A stretch of 60,808 nt of DNA, counting the filler. It is 6 parts of 6 records of this genome, joined end to end, with 100 filler letters (N's around TTAATTAATTAA, not from the genome) between each part and the next. Parts side by side here need not be neighbours in the genome. Positions count along the whole stretch, not along the records: positions 52,328 to 60,808 come from SRR31156797_3228; 5 more parts are not named here. One strand, 5' to 3'. A model generated the notes under the pieces. The model was not told where the DNA came from, did not search any database, and saw nothing but the letters and a program-made list of their open reading frames with translations. Made by a program: the position numbers and the translations under genes. Shown piece by piece: positions 58,385 through 60,808 of this stretch (position 1 is the first letter of the stretch; each line of letters begins with the position of its first letter).

Positions 58385-59722
58385 CTAGAATAAATAATTC
58401 AATCCAATATATAGCCCCGAGTTCCCATCTCGTTCATCAGTGGCCATACCATAATCTATTGCAATTACAAAATTTTGATTCATTACTGCTCTTAATCCGG
58501 CCCCAAACGAGTAGTGCATTTCTTCCGCATCATCCTCAAAGTAAGAATCGCGGGGAGAGGGATAAATGTGCGGCCAGATAATTTCTGAATGGTCTATATC
58601 AATTTTATCTGTTACCCGGCCAAAATCGGCAAAAGCATTCAGCCCCAGGTAAAAGTTGTTATTGATTAAGTGAAAGCGGGCAAATTTCCAGCGGGCTTCA
58701 ATGTTTCCATATAAAAAACCATCCCCAACAATTCTGTTGCGTCTTATACCACGTAAAGATTTTGCTCCGCCAAGACCTTCAGAACTTGCTCCTTTCAGAA
58801 CTGAAGTAATTACCTGGTTTTGATAATAAAATGGCACATCTCCTCCCAAAGTTGTTTGATACGACAAACGGTAAACCAACGACAGATCATTTGGAACAAT
58901 GGTAAAATACTGGCGATGGATCAGACTAAGTTTGCTAAAGTTTTTTTCTCCACCTAAAAATTCCGGCGAACCAACTAAAACCGCTTCGGTCCAAATCCCT
59001 TTCATTGGATTTGGCTGATTATCGCGTGTATCGTAAACTATACCGGCTTTTAATATAGGGACAAAACCACCATTTGCCTCTTCTTCCGATATAATTCCCC
59101 ATTCCTGGTATTTTTGAAACAATCCCGGTTCTTCAGTATGTGGAGGCAGCATATCGTCATCGTCTTTATTTTTGTTAAGTCTATCAATATCAACCAAGTC
59201 CAACTTAAAGTTCAATAAATTAATGCCTCCAATCCATTTAACTTTATTGCCTGAAAGTTTTCCCTGCAAGTCTACTTTAAAACGAAATAATTTACGATCA
59301 TATTTGTAAAACATTCTGGTCTTATAATTCATCGCCTCATCGTCATACCATCCCTCATTCACCACGGCATCGTAACCGTTAAAACCATAGAAATCGTAAG
59401 CCCGGTCGCTCAAATAACTGATATCAACCGATGTTTGAAGTCCCTTTAACAATTTATCCGAATCATAATAAAGACGGTTAACACCACTCCCCTTTGTAAA
59501 TCTTGAAACTTCAAGATAAATGGAATGATCGTATTTGGGGTAACGGCTTCCATCGCCAAAGTGATACAGATTTATAAGTCCACCATACTGAAAGCCAAGA
59601 TCAGTATCAAAAGTGATGGTCGGAAGAGCTCCAAAGTTCCAACCTTCTTTTGTTACTTCATCCTGAGCTATTGAAGGGATAAAACAACAAACAATTAAAA
59701 ACAGAACAAGAAAACGTTTCAT
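58385..59722 (-). CDS. Omp85/BamA-TamA family barrel without POTRA domains
   Basis: GALPTITFDTDLGFQYG just after the signal peptide, YDTRDNQPNPMKG, GGAKSLRG..RNR..GD, FADFGRV, C-terminal GLNYLF. Confidence 0.88.
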   Translation of the reverse strand: MKRFLVLFLIVCCFIPSIAQDEVTKEGWNFGALPTITFDTDLGFQYGGLINLYHFGDGSRYPKYDHSIYLEVSRFTKGSGVNRLYYDSDKLLKGLQTSVDISYLSDRAYDFYGFNGYDAVVNEGWYDDEAMNYKTRMFYKYDRKLFRFKVDLQGKLSGNKVKWIGGINLLNFKLDLVDIDRLNKNKDDDDMLPPHTEEPGLFQKYQEWGIISEEEANGGFVPILKAGIVYDTRDNQPNPMKGIWTEAVLVGSPEFLGGEKNFSKLSLIHRQYFTIVPNDLSLVYRLSYQTTLGGDVPFYYQNQVITSVLKGASSEGLGGAKSLRGIRRNRIVGDGFLYGNIEARWKFARFHLINNNFYLGLNAFADFGRVTDKIDIDHSEIIWPHIYPSPRDSYFEDDAEEMHYSFGAGLRAVMNQNFVIAIDYGMATDERDGNSGLYIGLNYLF

Positions 59723-59903
59723 GTGGTGAGTTTTTAGTTTAAATCAGTTTTTATTGTCACAATCAATTTTGAATCTTAATCGAATATAATCAATTTTAAG
59801 CTGATTTGGGAAATTGAAATACAAATCTGATAAACCTCCTTGTGTTTTAGAAGAATAATTTCTTCTTTCATGCAACTTTTCAATTCAATAAAAATCTCAA
59901 CCA

Positions 59904-60808
59904 ATGAAAACTAATCGCAGAAAATTCTTTCAGATTTCCGGAGCAGCCGGAGCCGGAATAATAACCGGAGGCTTGTCGTCCTGCAAACCACAACCTGAAC
60001 AATCGGCATTGCAATACATTAAAGAGGAAGCGATAAACAACAATCCTCAACAATTTAACATGTGTGGTTATGCTGCTCCAAAACTTGATAAAGTAAGGGT
60101 TGGTTTTGTAGGTATTGGCGATCGGGGGTCGGGAGCTGTAAAACGTATGACTTATATTGATGGTGTTGAGATAACAGCACTTTGCGATATTCGCCAGGCT
60201 GCAGTTGATGGTGCCCAAAAAATACTGAAAGAAGCTGGTCTGCCAAAAGCAAAAGAGTTTGTTGGCGACGATTTGGAATTCAAAAACCTTTGCGAAAGTG
60301 GTTTATGTGATTTGGTTTACACGGCAACCCCCTGGGAATGGCACGTACCGGTTGGACTGGCAGCCATGGAAGGTGGTGCACATGCTGCACTTGAAGTATC
60401 GGCAGCCAAAACCATGGAAGAATGCTGGCAAATGGTAGAAACATCGGAACGGACAAAAAAGCATTGTATTATTTTGGAAAATTGTTGCTACGATTTTTTT
60501 GAACTATTAACCTTAAATATGGTCAGACAGGGTGTTTTTGGGGATCTCATTCACGGTGAAGGTGCCTATATTCATGATTTGGATTATTGGCATTTTAATA
60601 AACCGCAGGATGAAAAAATGAGTGATGAAGCATATACAAAAATGTGGCGCCTTCACGAAAATCAACGAAAAGCCAATGTATACCCAACACACGGATTAGG
60701 GCCAATATGCCAGGCCATGAATATAAACCGGGGAGATAAAATGGATTACCTCACCGCTATGATGTCGGAAGACTTTACCTTAAAACACCGTATTGCAGAG
60801 AAAGCTAA
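59904..60808 (+). CDS. GH109 / Gfo-Idh-MocA NAD+-dependent alpha-N-acetylgalactosaminidase-like protein, 3'-truncated
   Basis: Not in the ORF track (no stop). MKTNRRKFF twin-arginine signal ending GLSSC; VRVGFVGIGDRG, TATPWEWH, LENCCYDFFE, GEGAYIHDL, YPTHGLGP. Confidence 0.92.
   Translation, partial: MKTNRRKFFQISGAAGAGIITGGLSSCKPQPEQSALQYIKEEAINNNPQQFNMCGYAAPKLDKVRVGFVGIGDRGSGAVKRMTYIDGVEITALCDIRQAAVDGAQKILKEAGLPKAKEFVGDDLEFKNLCESGLCDLVYTATPWEWHVPVGLAAMEGGAHAALEVSAAKTMEECWQMVETSERTKKHCIILENCCYDFFELLTLNMVRQGVFGDLIHGEGAYIHDLDYWHFNKPQDEKMSDEAYTKMWRLHENQRKANVYPTHGLGPICQAMNINRGDKMDYLTAMMSEDFTLKHRIAEKA

Noticed and set aside
60806-60808. Terminal TAA as the stop of the GH109 gene
   Set aside because: It is out of frame; the gene runs off the window.

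Overview
This window is not one locus. It is six unrelated contigs joined by five identical 100-bp artificial spacers (44 N + TTAATTAATTAA + 44 N) at 12062, 26625, 37179, 46591 and 52228, so adjacency across spacers means nothing. Taxa below are inferred from gene content and base composition. (1) 1-12061, Desulfobacterales-like: the start of a nuoE-DRTGG-nuoF (HydABC-type) operon, a divergent purine/nucleoside salvage cluster (PNP, two MtaD-like deaminases, adenine deaminase), and a divergent GalT/HIT-fold protein translationally coupled to a QseE/QseG/QseF-like kinase-lipoprotein-sigma54 regulator triad. (2) 12162-26624, Arcobacter-like: FabX/NMO-like gene, amiA, a cyclic-nucleotide module (class II PDE, CHASE2 adenylate cyclase, GAF-HD-GYP) behind rplY-pth-lptG-NUDIX, a two-component pair, CitE-like lyase, cytochrome c, gatA and a LapG-like protein lacking its catalytic residues. 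(3) 26725-37178, Arcobacter-like: fliP, sensor kinases, a cupin, an unannotated 33-aa membrane peptide and a TolC-MFP-split-RND operon with a 1-nt frameshift. (4) 37279-46590, Marinifilaceae-like Bacteroidota: purC, SUI1, PLDc_N pair, DksA/TraR, AraC-adh, nfnAB, ferritin-like gene, SPFH gene and a tyrosine recombinase lacking key catalytic residues. (5) 46691-52227, Fusobacteriota-like: OM barrel-exbB-exbD-tonB plus a degenerate NtrC-like regulator. (6) 52328-60808, Prolixibacteraceae-like: housekeeping genes, msrA, a YciI pseudogene, a LytTR system with repeats at its promoter, an Omp85 barrel and a partial GH109. No rRNA, tRNA or CRISPR array was seen. Best leads: the GalT-like/QseEGF-like operon, the three apparent pseudo-enzymes, the cyclic-nucleotide module and the small peptide beside the split RND pump. 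All calls come from motif recognition by eye; no searches were run.
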